Under the pieces are notes generated by a model. That model was not told the origin of the DNA. It did not search any database and saw only the letters and a program-made list of their open reading frames with translations. From the NCBI RefSeq assembly GCF_963974175.1, contig NZ_CAXBBR010000002.1, positions 165,266 to 229,265 on the forward strand: a DNA stretch of 64,000 nt. Reading direction: 5' to 3'. This document shows, piece by piece, positions 19,926-28,739 of this stretch. The position numbers and the translations under genes are program-made. How positions within the stretch are numbered: position 1 is the first letter of the stretch; the number at the start of each line of letters is the position of its first letter. This DNA is from an uncultured Flavobacterium sp. (GTDB lineage Bacteria > Bacteroidota > Bacteroidia > Flavobacteriales > Flavobacteriaceae).

Positions 19926-21083
19926 ATGTTAAACTTCGAATTATATAACCCTACCAATTTAGTTTTTGGAAAAGGACAAATAGAAAAGTTAGGAGATCTT
20001 GTACCAAAAGGAGCTAAAATATTATTAGCTTACGGTGGTGGAAGTATCTTTAAAAACGGAATTCACGAACAGGTAATCAATAACCTTAAAGGACACGAAA
20101 TTGTAGAATTTAGCGGAATTGAAGCTAATCCACATTTTGAAACTTTAATGAAAGCGGTTGCTATTGTTAAAGAACAAAAAATCGATTTCATCCTTGCAGT
20201 AGGTGGCGGATCTGTAATTGATGGTGTGAAATTTATTTCTGGAGCCGTTAATTATGATGGAGATCCGATCGAGATTTTACAAAAGCGTATCTTGATTAAA
20301 GAAAATGCAGTGCCTTTTGGAACAGTATTAACTTTGCCTGCAACAGGAAGCGAAATGAATTCTGGAGCGGTTGTTACAATCGAGTCTACTAAAGAGAAAT
20401 TAGCTTTTGGTGGTTCTGCTTTGTTTCCAAAGTTCTCTATTTGCGACCCAACAGTAATTCAATCTTTACCAAAAAGACAATTACAAAATGGTGTTGTTGA
20501 TGCGTACACACACGTTATGGAGCAATACTTGACTTATCCACACGAAGGATATTTACAAGATAGAATTGCAGAAGGAATTCTACAAACTTTAATCGAAGTT
20601 GGTCCTAAAGTCGTTGAAAACCCAAAAGATTATGCTTTAGCATCTAACTTTATGTGGAGCTGTACTATGGCATTAAACGGATTGATTCAAAAAGGAGTTC
20701 CAAGTGATTGGGCAACGCATATGATTGGTCATGAGTTGACTGCTATGTACGGAATTGATCATGCACGTACTCTAGCAGTAATTGCACCTAGTTTATACAA
20801 AGTTATGTTTGAAACCAAAAAAGGAAAATTGGCACAATACGGGAAACGTATTTTCAATTTAACCGGAACTGAGGACGAAATAGCAAACGAGGCAATCAAT
20901 AAAACAGTTGAATTTTTCCATACTATGGGAATGGATACTAAATTATCTGATTATACAAAAGACTATGATAAAACCGCTGATTTTATCGTGAATCGTTTTG
21001 ACGAAAGAGGTTGGAAAGGTTTAGGCGAAAAGCAAAATATTACTTTAGATAAAGTAAAATCTATTGTTGAAATGAGTTACTAG
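19926..21083 (+). CDS. iron-containing alcohol dehydrogenase (YqhD-like)
   Basis: AVGGGSVIDGVKF motif and conserved His cluster (HVMEQ, HMIGHELT). Confidence 0.9.
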   Translation: MLNFELYNPTNLVFGKGQIEKLGDLVPKGAKILLAYGGGSIFKNGIHEQVINNLKGHEIVEFSGIEANPHFETLMKAVAIVKEQKIDFILAVGGGSVIDGVKFISGAVNYDGDPIEILQKRILIKENAVPFGTVLTLPATGSEMNSGAVVTIESTKEKLAFGGSALFPKFSICDPTVIQSLPKRQLQNGVVDAYTHVMEQYLTYPHEGYLQDRIAEGILQTLIEVGPKVVENPKDYALASNFMWSCTMALNGLIQKGVPSDWATHMIGHELTAMYGIDHARTLAVIAPSLYKVMFETKKGKLAQYGKRIFNLTGTEDEIANEAINKTVEFFHTMGMDTKLSDYTKDYDKTADFIVNRFDERGWKGLGEKQNITLDKVKSIVEMSY

Positions 21084-21112
21084 TTACATAGGGTGAAAAT
21101 CCAGCTTAAAAT

Positions 21113-21152
21113 AAAAAGGCGTTCTTGAATTAAATTCATAGGACGCCTTTTT
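21113..21152 (+). terminator. rho-independent terminator
   Basis: GGCGTTC...GGACGCC stem followed by a T-run. Confidence 0.65.
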
Positions 21153-21344
21153 CATAACACCAAAACAAAACTAACTAATTCCAAATTCATAAATAACTTA
21201 ATTAATAGTAAGTTACAACGTTAAAAAAATAGCTATATTGTATTAAATTATAAAATATTTAATTTTTTTATAATTTTTGCTTTTTTTACTTAACAAAACT
21301 TTAGTATCAATACTTATTTTTTGTTTAATTAATCCATTTTTAAG

Positions 21345-21352
21345 TACTTTTG
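21345..21352 (+). promoter_or_regulatory. -7 box TACTTTTG
   Basis: TAnnTTTG 19 nt upstream of the ATG at 21371. Confidence 0.45.
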
Positions 21353-21370
21353 GTTAAATTTAATAAACAG

Positions 21371-22366
21371 ATGAGCGGGAAAATAAAATTTGCAGTTATT
21401 GGTGGTGGAAGCTGGGCAACAGCGATAACAAAAATGTTATGTGTCAATCTTAATGAGGTTTCTTGGTATATGCGAAATGAACAAGCGATTGAACATATCA
21501 AAACATACAAACACAATCCGAATTATTTAAGTTCCGTTGAATTTGATACAAAAAAATTAAAGTTAACAAGCGATATTAACGAAGCTGTGGCTTATGCCGA
21601 CTACATTATCTTCGCTATACCATCCGCTTTTTTAAATGGCGAATTGGAAAACTTGGCTGTTTCCTTAGAAAACAAAGTGATATTCTCTGCAATCAAAGGA
21701 ATTGTTCCTGAAACGAGTATGATAGTAGGAGAACATTTTCACTTTAAATATGATATCCCTTATCATAACATTGGTGTAATTACAGGTCCTTGTCATGCTG
21801 AAGAAGTAGCTTTAGAGCGCCTATCTTATCTAACAATTGCTTGTGGTGATGCCGAAAAAGCTAAAGTAGTAGCCGAACATCTATCTGGAAATTACATTAA
21901 AACGAAGATTACTGATGATATCATTGGAACTGAATATGCCGCGATGCTTAAAAATATTTATGCCATAGCAGCAGGAATTGCCCATGGCTTAGGTTATGGT
22001 GATAATTTCCAATCGGTATTAATGAGTAATGGAATACGGGAGATGAAAAAATTCATCAAGAAGGTCCATAAAATGAAGCGTAACATTAATGACTCAGCTT
22101 ATTTGGGTGATTTATTGGTGACTGGATATTCTGTTTTTTCAAGAAATAGGATGTTTGGAAATATGATCGGAAAAGGATACACCGTAAAAAGCGCCATGAT
22201 GGAAATGAGCATGGTTTCTGAAGGATATTACGCTACTAAAAGTGCTTATAAACTAAATCAAGGTTATGGCGCTAAAACGCCTATTATCGATGCCGTTTAT
22301 GAGATTTTATATGAAGGAAAAGATGCTAGAGCCGTTTTCAAGAAATTGACGGACCAACTGGATTAA
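21371..22366 (+). CDS. gpsA: NAD(P)H-dependent glycerol-3-phosphate dehydrogenase
   Basis: Rossmann motif FAVIGGGSWATA. The track start at 21350 is a TTG, so the ATG at 21371 is preferred. Confidence 0.9.
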   Translation: MSGKIKFAVIGGGSWATAITKMLCVNLNEVSWYMRNEQAIEHIKTYKHNPNYLSSVEFDTKKLKLTSDINEAVAYADYIIFAIPSAFLNGELENLAVSLENKVIFSAIKGIVPETSMIVGEHFHFKYDIPYHNIGVITGPCHAEEVALERLSYLTIACGDAEKAKVVAEHLSGNYIKTKITDDIIGTEYAAMLKNIYAIAAGIAHGLGYGDNFQSVLMSNGIREMKKFIKKVHKMKRNINDSAYLGDLLVTGYSVFSRNRMFGNMIGKGYTVKSAMMEMSMVSEGYYATKSAYKLNQGYGAKTPIIDAVYEILYEGKDARAVFKKLTDQLD

Positions 22367-22415
22367 AACCGATTTCTTACTCTTCTAACCCAACTCCATT
22401 TAGCACTATAAGAAT

Positions 22416-23168
22416 ATGACAAGAAGTTTTCCTAAAGCAAGTATATCTTTTGTTAGCAGCACTATACTTTCATTATGCCTTTTAGTATTCTGCAAGACTT
22501 CTGCTCAAGAAATTAGCGCAAAACAACTATTGGAACGAGCGATTCATTATCACGACCCGCAGGGCAACTGGGATCGTTTTGCAGGAAAACTAACTGTAGC
22601 TATGACCATGCCAACAGGTACTGAACGCTTAAGTGAAATAACTATTGATTTTCCAAATCAGCATTTTAAACTTAGTACTATTAAGAACGACAAAACTGTT
22701 GAATACAGTGTCACTAATAGTAAATTTTTATTGAGTCTGGATGGTAAAAGTAACTTTACTGAAGAGGAAATAAAAACTTTTAACCTTACCGAAGCGCGAA
22801 CTAAATTCATGCAAAACTACTATACTTACTTATATGGTTTACCTATGAAGCTTAAAGACCCCGGAGCCATTATTGATTCAGTAGTTGAGAGAAGAGAGTT
22901 CTTAGGAAAAGAGTATCTTGTTTTAAAAGTAAAATATGAAGAAGGCGTAGGTAAAGATTCCTGGTTCTTCTATTTTGATCCTACAACTTATGCTTTAAAA
23001 GTATATCAGTTTTACCATGATGAAACTAAAAAAGACGGTGAATATATCCTTCTGAGTGACGAAGAAACTTTTTATGGAATCAAAATACCTAAAGTTAGAG
23101 CTTGGTACGTCAACAAAGACGGAAGCTATTTAGCTACAGATACCCTTACAAAGATTAGTAAATTATAA
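22416..23168 (+). CDS. hypothetical secreted protein
   Basis: Signal peptide ending TSAQE and coding-like composition. No family recognised with confidence. Confidence 0.6.
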   Translation: MTRSFPKASISFVSSTILSLCLLVFCKTSAQEISAKQLLERAIHYHDPQGNWDRFAGKLTVAMTMPTGTERLSEITIDFPNQHFKLSTIKNDKTVEYSVTNSKFLLSLDGKSNFTEEEIKTFNLTEARTKFMQNYYTYLYGLPMKLKDPGAIIDSVVERREFLGKEYLVLKVKYEEGVGKDSWFFYFDPTTYALKVYQFYHDETKKDGEYILLSDEETFYGIKIPKVRAWYVNKDGSYLATDTLTKISKL

Positions 23169-23227
23169 GAAAGTCAGCTGCTATTTTCACCAGTACAACT
23201 TTCCCCCCAGCTAATTTTAAAAATAAA

Positions 23228-23270
23228 AAGCAGCTATCTCCTTTAAATTAGGGCATAGCTGCTTTTTTTT
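23228..23270. terminator. bidirectional terminator
   Basis: GCAGCTAT...ATAGCTGC stem followed by T8, between convergent genes. Confidence 0.7.
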
Positions 23271-23289
23271 ATTGTTATTTAAGAAACAG

Positions 23290-23697
23290 TTATCTAACGA
23301 TAACACCATCTACAAATAAAAGAGGAACTTCTTCAACATCCTTTTCAGTAATAGAATTAGCTTTAAAGATAAATTTCTTATCGAATAATTTATTTCCAAT
23401 GAAAAAGGTCACCATGAACTCATTGTTGAGCACTAAAACACTTTTTTCTAACATTTCGATTTTCACCACCGAAACCGGAGGCACTTCCACAAAAGCATGG
23501 CGCAACAATGATGTTTTTTTCATTTCACCATCGATAGTTCCAAATGCTTTAGAAACAACCATAACACTTTCAATAAGAAAATCACTGTCGTTTACTAAGT
23601 AAGCGTACCAAACCTTTTCCATAAAGTCGTCACTCCATTCTTGGACTGCGGCCACGAAAACGTTCTCTACTTCAGGGATTATAATGTCTTTTTTCAT
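23290..23697 (-). CDS. hypothetical protein downstream of pheS
   Basis: 135 aa with coding-like composition. No motif recognised. Confidence 0.6.
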   Translation of the reverse strand: MKKDIIIPEVENVFVAAVQEWSDDFMEKVWYAYLVNDSDFLIESVMVVSKAFGTIDGEMKKTSLLRHAFVEVPPVSVVKIEMLEKSVLVLNNEFMVTFFIGNKLFDKKFIFKANSITEKDVEEVPLLFVDGVIVR

Positions 23698-23753
23698 TGC
23701 TAATTTTTTGCCTCGATATCTCGAAGCACTTATATTGTATAATTCAGTATTCC

Positions 23754-23835
23754 TAGCCCAGATAGAAGTGAAAATCCTTTTCTTGTTTTTCTTTAAAACA
23801 AGAAAAGACTGTAACGAATAGCTGGAAATAGCTCC
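23754..23835 (-). repeat. copy of the dispersed GGAGC...GGGCTA element
   Basis: Conserved arms plus a perfect 13-bp central stem CTTTTCTTGTTTT/AAAACAAGAAAAG. Lies 17 nt after the pheS stop. Confidence 0.8.
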
Positions 23836-23852
23836 AAATTCTTCTTTTAATT

Positions 23853-24878
23853 TTAAATAGTAGCTTTAAATTGCTCTAAGAAACGAATGTCATTTTCATA
23901 AAACATACGAATATCACCAATTTGGTAGTTCAACATAGCGATTCTTTCAATTCCCATTCCGAAAGCGAAACCAGTGTATTCTTCTGGGTCGATACCACAA
24001 TTTTTAAGGACATTAGGATCTACCATACCACAACCACCAATTTCTAACCAACCGGTTCCTTTGGTAATTCTATAATCAGTTTCGGTTTTTAAACCCCAAT
24101 AAATATCAATTTCGGCACTAGGTTCCGTGAACGGAAAATAAGACGGACGCAAGCGTATTTTTGATTTTCCAAACATCTCTTGGGTGAAATGCAATAAGGT
24201 TTGTTTCAAGTCGGCAAAAGAAACATCTTTATCAATGTACAAGCCCTCTACTTGGTGAAATATACAGTGAGAACGCGATGAAACTGCCTCGTTACGAAAA
24301 ACTCTTCCCGGAGAAATCGTTCTAATAGGTGGTTTGTTTTCCTCCATGTAACGCACTTGTACAGATGAAGTATGCGTACGCAACAAAATATCTGGATCAG
24401 TCTGAATGAAAAAAGTATCTTGCATGTCACGTGCCGGATGGTATTCCGGAAGGTTTAATGCAGTGAAATTATGCCAGTCATCTTCAATTTCCGGCCCTTC
24501 AGAAACATTAAAACCAATATTAGAAAAAATATCAATAATCTGGTTTTTTACTAATGAAATAGGATGACGGGAACCAATTGTTATTGGTTCAGACGAACGT
24601 GTTAAATCACCATAAAAACCTTTAGTTTCTTCTTTGTTTTCGAATGCTTCCTGAATGCTTTTTACTTTTTCTTCTGCCGAAGTTTTAAGTAAATTGATTA
24701 CTTGTCCAAATTCCTTTTTTTGGTCATTAGGAACATTCTTAAATTCGGCAAAAAGCTCTTTTAAAAGACCTTTACTTCCAAGAAATTTAATTCTAAATGT
24801 CTCTAATTCTGCTTTATCTTGTGTTGAGAATGCTTGCGCTTCCCCAATATATTCTTTTATCTTGTCTATCATTTTCAT
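23853..24878 (-). CDS. pheS: phenylalanine--tRNA ligase alpha subunit
   Basis: Class II motifs FRNEAVSSRSH and GFAFGMGIERIAM. Alternative ATG two codons downstream at 24872. Confidence 0.95.
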   Translation of the reverse strand: MKMIDKIKEYIGEAQAFSTQDKAELETFRIKFLGSKGLLKELFAEFKNVPNDQKKEFGQVINLLKTSAEEKVKSIQEAFENKEETKGFYGDLTRSSEPITIGSRHPISLVKNQIIDIFSNIGFNVSEGPEIEDDWHNFTALNLPEYHPARDMQDTFFIQTDPDILLRTHTSSVQVRYMEENKPPIRTISPGRVFRNEAVSSRSHCIFHQVEGLYIDKDVSFADLKQTLLHFTQEMFGKSKIRLRPSYFPFTEPSAEIDIYWGLKTETDYRITKGTGWLEIGGCGMVDPNVLKNCGIDPEEYTGFAFGMGIERIAMLNYQIGDIRMFYENDIRFLEQFKATI

Positions 24879-24894
24879 CCAATAATTGAGAGTG

Positions 24895-24902
24895 CAAATT
24901 TA
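24895..24902 (-). promoter_or_regulatory. -7 box TAAATTTG upstream of pheS
   Basis: Minus strand reads TAAATTTGCACTCTCAATTATTGGATG. Confidence 0.45.
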
Positions 24903-24911
24903 CAAAAATTT

Positions 24912-24946
24912 GTTTCAGGTTTAAAGTTTAAATTTCAAAGTTTAGC
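24912..24946. repeat. solo arm of GTTTAAAG-type word repeats
   Basis: GTTTCAGGTTTAAAGTTTAAATTTCAAAGTTTAGC with no obvious inverted partner nearby. Confidence 0.55.
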
Positions 24947-24985
24947 CTACAGCTTATTAATTCATGTTTTTTTATCAAAAAGTGA

Positions 24986-25342
24986 TTACTCAATCAACTG
25001 TCTTTCGATAAAATAACTCACGATAGCTTCTTTCATTAACACTGATTGCTCTCCTGCTTTAAGTGTTGGCAGCTCCTCTTTAACGCGATAATGCGGCCAA
25101 CCTTCATCATCGAAAAATTCGAATTCATAGAATCCATAAGGCTCTAATAACCGGCAAATCGCGATATGCATTAGGTTTAATTTTTCGTCTTTTTTATATT
25201 CACGGTGTACTTTCCCGAGTTCTTGTACCCCAATCAAATAAATGATGGCGTCTAAATCTAGGTCTTCTCCTTGTGAAAATTGATTGGAAAGTATATCTAC
25301 AAGCTGTTCCCAGCGTTCTTTAAGTTGGTTGTCTCTTGACAT
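24986..25342 (-). CDS. hypothetical protein
   Basis: 118 aa, acidic, with coding-like composition. No motif recognised. Confidence 0.6.
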   Translation of the reverse strand: MSRDNQLKERWEQLVDILSNQFSQGEDLDLDAIIYLIGVQELGKVHREYKKDEKLNLMHIAICRLLEPYGFYEFEFFDDEGWPHYRVKEELPTLKAGEQSVLMKEAIVSYFIERQLIE

Positions 25343-25413
25343 TTTTTTAGAAAATAAAATAAAGAATAAAGAGAAAAGACTTCATTCTTTGAGTTTGAAA
25401 AATTTGATTTTGA

Positions 25414-25421
25414 CAAAGATA
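25414..25421 (-). promoter_or_regulatory. -7 box TATCTTTG (minus strand)
   Basis: TAnnTTTG 72 nt upstream of the ATG at 25342. Confidence 0.35.
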
Positions 25422-25536
25422 GCAACTACGTTTTTGACTTCGGGATTTTCTATTCTCTATTTTCTTTATTCTTTTAATGACTTTTATCTTTTGCGTTCTT
25501 TTATCTCTGTTCTTCCCTCTATTTTCTATATTCTTC

Positions 25537-25544
25537 TATCTTTG
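25537..25544 (+). promoter_or_regulatory. -7 box TATCTTTG
   Basis: 25 nt upstream of the cvpA-like ATG at 25569. Confidence 0.45.
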
Positions 25545-25568
25545 CTTAATTCTCTTTATTCTTTAACT

Positions 25569-26084
25569 ATGAGTTTTTTAGATATTGTTTTGGGTGCATT
25601 ACTTCTATATGCTTTATTCAAAGGCATGAAAAATGGGCTTTTTATTGAACTGGCTTCGTTAATTTCACTTATTTTAGGAATCTACATGGCTATAAAATTC
25701 TCTTATATGATAAGAGCAATGCTTGCCAATCACGTTTCTTGGTCACCAAAATATATTGAAATAATCGCTTTTGGCCTCACTTTTATTGGAGTAGTATTGG
25801 TTGTTCATGTATTGGCAAAAGTTCTGACCGGCATTATGGACTTTGCGTTCTTAGGTATATTCAATAAACTGGCTGGAGGTGTTTTTAGTATTCTAAAAAC
25901 CATTTTGCTTTTAAGCGTTGTAATTAATCTTTTTCAGAAAATCAATATAAACAACATGATTGCAAAAGAAGAGACGCTCAATAAATCATTGTTTTACAAT
26001 CCCATTCAAGACGTTTCAAAATACATTTACCCTTCCTTAGAAAAGTGGTATACTGATTTTAGAGAAACGAAGAAGTCAGAGTAG
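25569..26084 (+). CDS. CvpA-family membrane protein
   Basis: MSFLDIVLGALLLYALFKGMKNG start and four TM helices. The upstream 95 codons of the track ORF are low-complexity spacer. Confidence 0.8.
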   Translation: MSFLDIVLGALLLYALFKGMKNGLFIELASLISLILGIYMAIKFSYMIRAMLANHVSWSPKYIEIIAFGLTFIGVVLVVHVLAKVLTGIMDFAFLGIFNKLAGGVFSILKTILLLSVVINLFQKININNMIAKEETLNKSLFYNPIQDVSKYIYPSLEKWYTDFRETKKSE

Positions 26085-26120
26085 TATTTGACTTTAAAGT
26101 ATTTGAGTAGTACAGGAAAA

Positions 26121-26864
26121 CTACTTCACTTCTTTGATAGCACTATTTTCAATCCAACCTTCGGTACCGTCCGTTAACTGGACTTTTTTCCAACTGTCTA
26201 CTTTTTCTTCTACGTACACTTTTGTTCCTTCATGAAGTACAAAAATAACGGGACTTCCTTTTTGTGGTTCACTTCTTACCTCTGCAATTTCGGCAAAAAC
26301 AATCGCTGGCTTTTCATTATCGTAATGGCTTTTTTCGAAAACAGCAGCTGCAACTACTATGAAAATGAAAACAACAAGTGCAAACATGACAAAAAACGAA
26401 ACCCTTTTTACTACCGTAGTTTCGGAAAAATAATACCCTAAGAAAGCAAGCAAAAATGAAATTGCTAATCCTACAGCAATCCAAGCCCAGGTATTGTAAT
26501 GGTAAATTGCGGTGAAATCACGAAGCAATTTTGCAAACCCCACTTTTGGAACCACCTTTACTTCATCAATGGTTCGTTTTTGAGCAAACCTAAGGTTATT
26601 TTCAACCATACGGTCATTTGGACTCAATACTAAAGCTTTCTCGTAGCTGTAAATTGCCGGCGCTACCTTATTCAATTTATAGTAGCAGTTCCCAAGGTTA
26701 AAATACAATTCTGAAGAATGCTGGTTCGTTTTCAGCACACTTCCATAAGCATCAATAGCTTGCTCGTATTTTCCTGCTTTGTATAAATCATTCCCCATTT
26801 CAAAGCCATTTTGAGCAAAGAAAACTTGAGTTGTCAGTAATAATATATAAAAAATATTCTTCAT
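26121..26864 (-). CDS. batE: BatE-like TPR plus SH3-domain protein
   Basis: TPR repeats, TM segments and a C-terminal SH3-like GTKVYVEEKVDSWKKVQLTDGTEGWI. The track start at 26879 is a TTG, so the ATG at 26864 is preferred. Confidence 0.8.
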   Translation of the reverse strand: MKNIFYILLLTTQVFFAQNGFEMGNDLYKAGKYEQAIDAYGSVLKTNQHSSELYFNLGNCYYKLNKVAPAIYSYEKALVLSPNDRMVENNLRFAQKRTIDEVKVVPKVGFAKLLRDFTAIYHYNTWAWIAVGLAISFLLAFLGYYFSETTVVKRVSFFVMFALVVFIFIVVAAAVFEKSHYDNEKPAIVFAEIAEVRSEPQKGSPVIFVLHEGTKVYVEEKVDSWKKVQLTDGTEGWIENSAIKEVK

Positions 26865-26903
26865 TTTTCGGATGGTCAATTACAAATTATTTGTTGTCAA
26901 TTT

Positions 26904-28652
26904 TTATATCTGCTTTTCCAAATCAGAAATTATCGACACTGCTTTATCATAATCTTTTTGGATGGTAGCACTTGATGAAGGTGCATATCGCGCAATTTCA
27001 CAATTCTCAGTCAACGCGATAAAATCATCCACCGCAACAGGGTTTGCATTCCTTGTCAACAAAAGTTCTTTGATATTATCTTTACTCATCTCTGAAGTTT
27101 CAATATGTAATTTGGCTTTCAAAAAGTTGTGCATTGCCTTTTCAAGGGCAACATAAAACGGCTCTTTATTATTAATCTGCTTTTTAGCTTCTGATAAATA
27201 TTTCTTTGCCAGTTTATTATTTCTTCTTATCCTATTCCCTACTACATCTCCATCAATTGCTTCTTTTTTCTTCTTAAGCAATACAATTATCGGTAGCATC
27301 AAGAAAGGAAAAAATAATAATCCATAGAACAATTGAGAACCAAAGAAATCATCCTTAGCAACCGCCACCAGATTTGTCTTTAATTTAATAAACTTAAACT
27401 GCTCTGTAGCTGAAATTTTATTTTTACCGTTTTCTGAATTCGAAGCAGTGGCGTCAGTCGCAGTGGGCCCATCTAAAATAGTAATCATAATCTCCGGAGA
27501 GCTTATGGTTTTGTACTTTCCTGATCCAAGGTCGAAATAAGAGAACTGCATTGGTTTTATCGGATAATTTCCTTTGTACTGCGGTATAATCGCATAACTG
27601 TCAGAAATTTTTCCCGATGTTCCCGCCAATGTGGTGTTCACGTTTTCACTGTGAACTGCATCATACATTTCTAATGCATTTGGAACAACCGGTTTTGGCA
27701 AATTAAACAACTTCATATTCCCTTTTCCAGTAACACTTACAATCAAGTCAAGGCTTTCCCCATTTTTCAAACTTGTTTTTGTTGGCGTCACTTTAAAATC
27801 AAAATTCCCTACAGCGCCTGAAAAATCAACTGGCTTCCCTGCTTCAGGAAGTGCTTTTACATTTATTGTTTTAGCACCTGCAGATACTCTTTTACTATCA
27901 TCCGCTATAATAACACGGCCATAAACGTCCCTGCGGTTCGTAGGTAACTGCACATCGATATCCAATGACAATGGCTCTATAGTTAGCTTACCTGATTTTT
28001 GTGGGTATAAAACTGCTTTTTTAAGTACAATATAACGATAACGTTCCCCTTTGAACATTCCTTCTTCGGCGACTAATTGTTTAATCTCAATATTTTGACT
28101 CCAAAAATCATTGTATTTTGGTTTGTTCAGCTCTCTAAAATTGCTTATCCCAATATTATTACTGAAATACAGTTTATAAACTACCGTTATAGGCTCATTT
28201 ACATAAGGATTTGTCTTAGAAATATCAGCAATTAAATACAAATTATTGTCTGCAGAAATACTGGTATCGTTAGGGTCTCTAGGCTGTTCAACCGCAGCGG
28301 TAACATTTATTTTTACTGGAGTAGTTTTATAAACCTGTCCATTGTATTCAATAGTAGCCTGCTTGATGGTAAGGTTTCCTTTTTGATTGGGTACAAGGTA
28401 ATATGAGTATACCTTTTCAAAAGTACTTCTTCCGTTTATCCATGACTGACTCACTTGTTGACTCGGCCCTGCAATAACTCTGAATCCGTCAAAAGAAGGT
28501 TCATTAAAATTATCTCCATCGATGTTCATAGCAAAATCAACCCGCAGTCTTTCGTTTAGGCCGAGCGTGGTTTTACTCACTTTAGTCTCAAATTGTACTT
28601 GAGCTATAAGTGCTTGAAAACTTAACAGTATTAAAATTAAATATCTTTTCAT
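26904..28652 (-). CDS. batD: BatD-like protein
   Basis: Signal peptide, repeated beta-rich domains, a late TM and a C-terminal helical region ending ARYAPSS. Position in the Bat operon. Confidence 0.8.
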   Translation of the reverse strand: MKRYLILILLSFQALIAQVQFETKVSKTTLGLNERLRVDFAMNIDGDNFNEPSFDGFRVIAGPSQQVSQSWINGRSTFEKVYSYYLVPNQKGNLTIKQATIEYNGQVYKTTPVKINVTAAVEQPRDPNDTSISADNNLYLIADISKTNPYVNEPITVVYKLYFSNNIGISNFRELNKPKYNDFWSQNIEIKQLVAEEGMFKGERYRYIVLKKAVLYPQKSGKLTIEPLSLDIDVQLPTNRRDVYGRVIIADDSKRVSAGAKTINVKALPEAGKPVDFSGAVGNFDFKVTPTKTSLKNGESLDLIVSVTGKGNMKLFNLPKPVVPNALEMYDAVHSENVNTTLAGTSGKISDSYAIIPQYKGNYPIKPMQFSYFDLGSGKYKTISSPEIMITILDGPTATDATASNSENGKNKISATEQFKFIKLKTNLVAVAKDDFFGSQLFYGLLFFPFLMLPIIVLLKKKKEAIDGDVVGNRIRRNNKLAKKYLSEAKKQINNKEPFYVALEKAMHNFLKAKLHIETSEMSKDNIKELLLTRNANPVAVDDFIALTENCEIARYAPSSSATIQKDYDKAVSIISDLEKQI

Positions 28653-28739
28653 CTTTTATCCAACCCTTATCTTTCCTTTCGGATTTATTTTATTCTCTGT
28701 TTTATTGTTGTAATTTATTCTTCCTTCAGATAAATTTAA

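Larger units (their letters stand above)
25343..25568. repeat. divergent spacer rich in TCTTTATTC / TTCTCTATTTT words in both orientations
   Basis: AAAATAAAGAATAAAGAGAAAAG near 25350, and its approximate complement repeated at 25450-25560. Confidence 0.5.

Noticed and set aside
25284-25568. 95-codon N-terminal extension of the CvpA ORF
   Set aside because: The extension is a translation of the TCTTTATTC word-repeat spacer. A -7 box and a canonical MSFLDIVLGALL start lie at 25537-25571.
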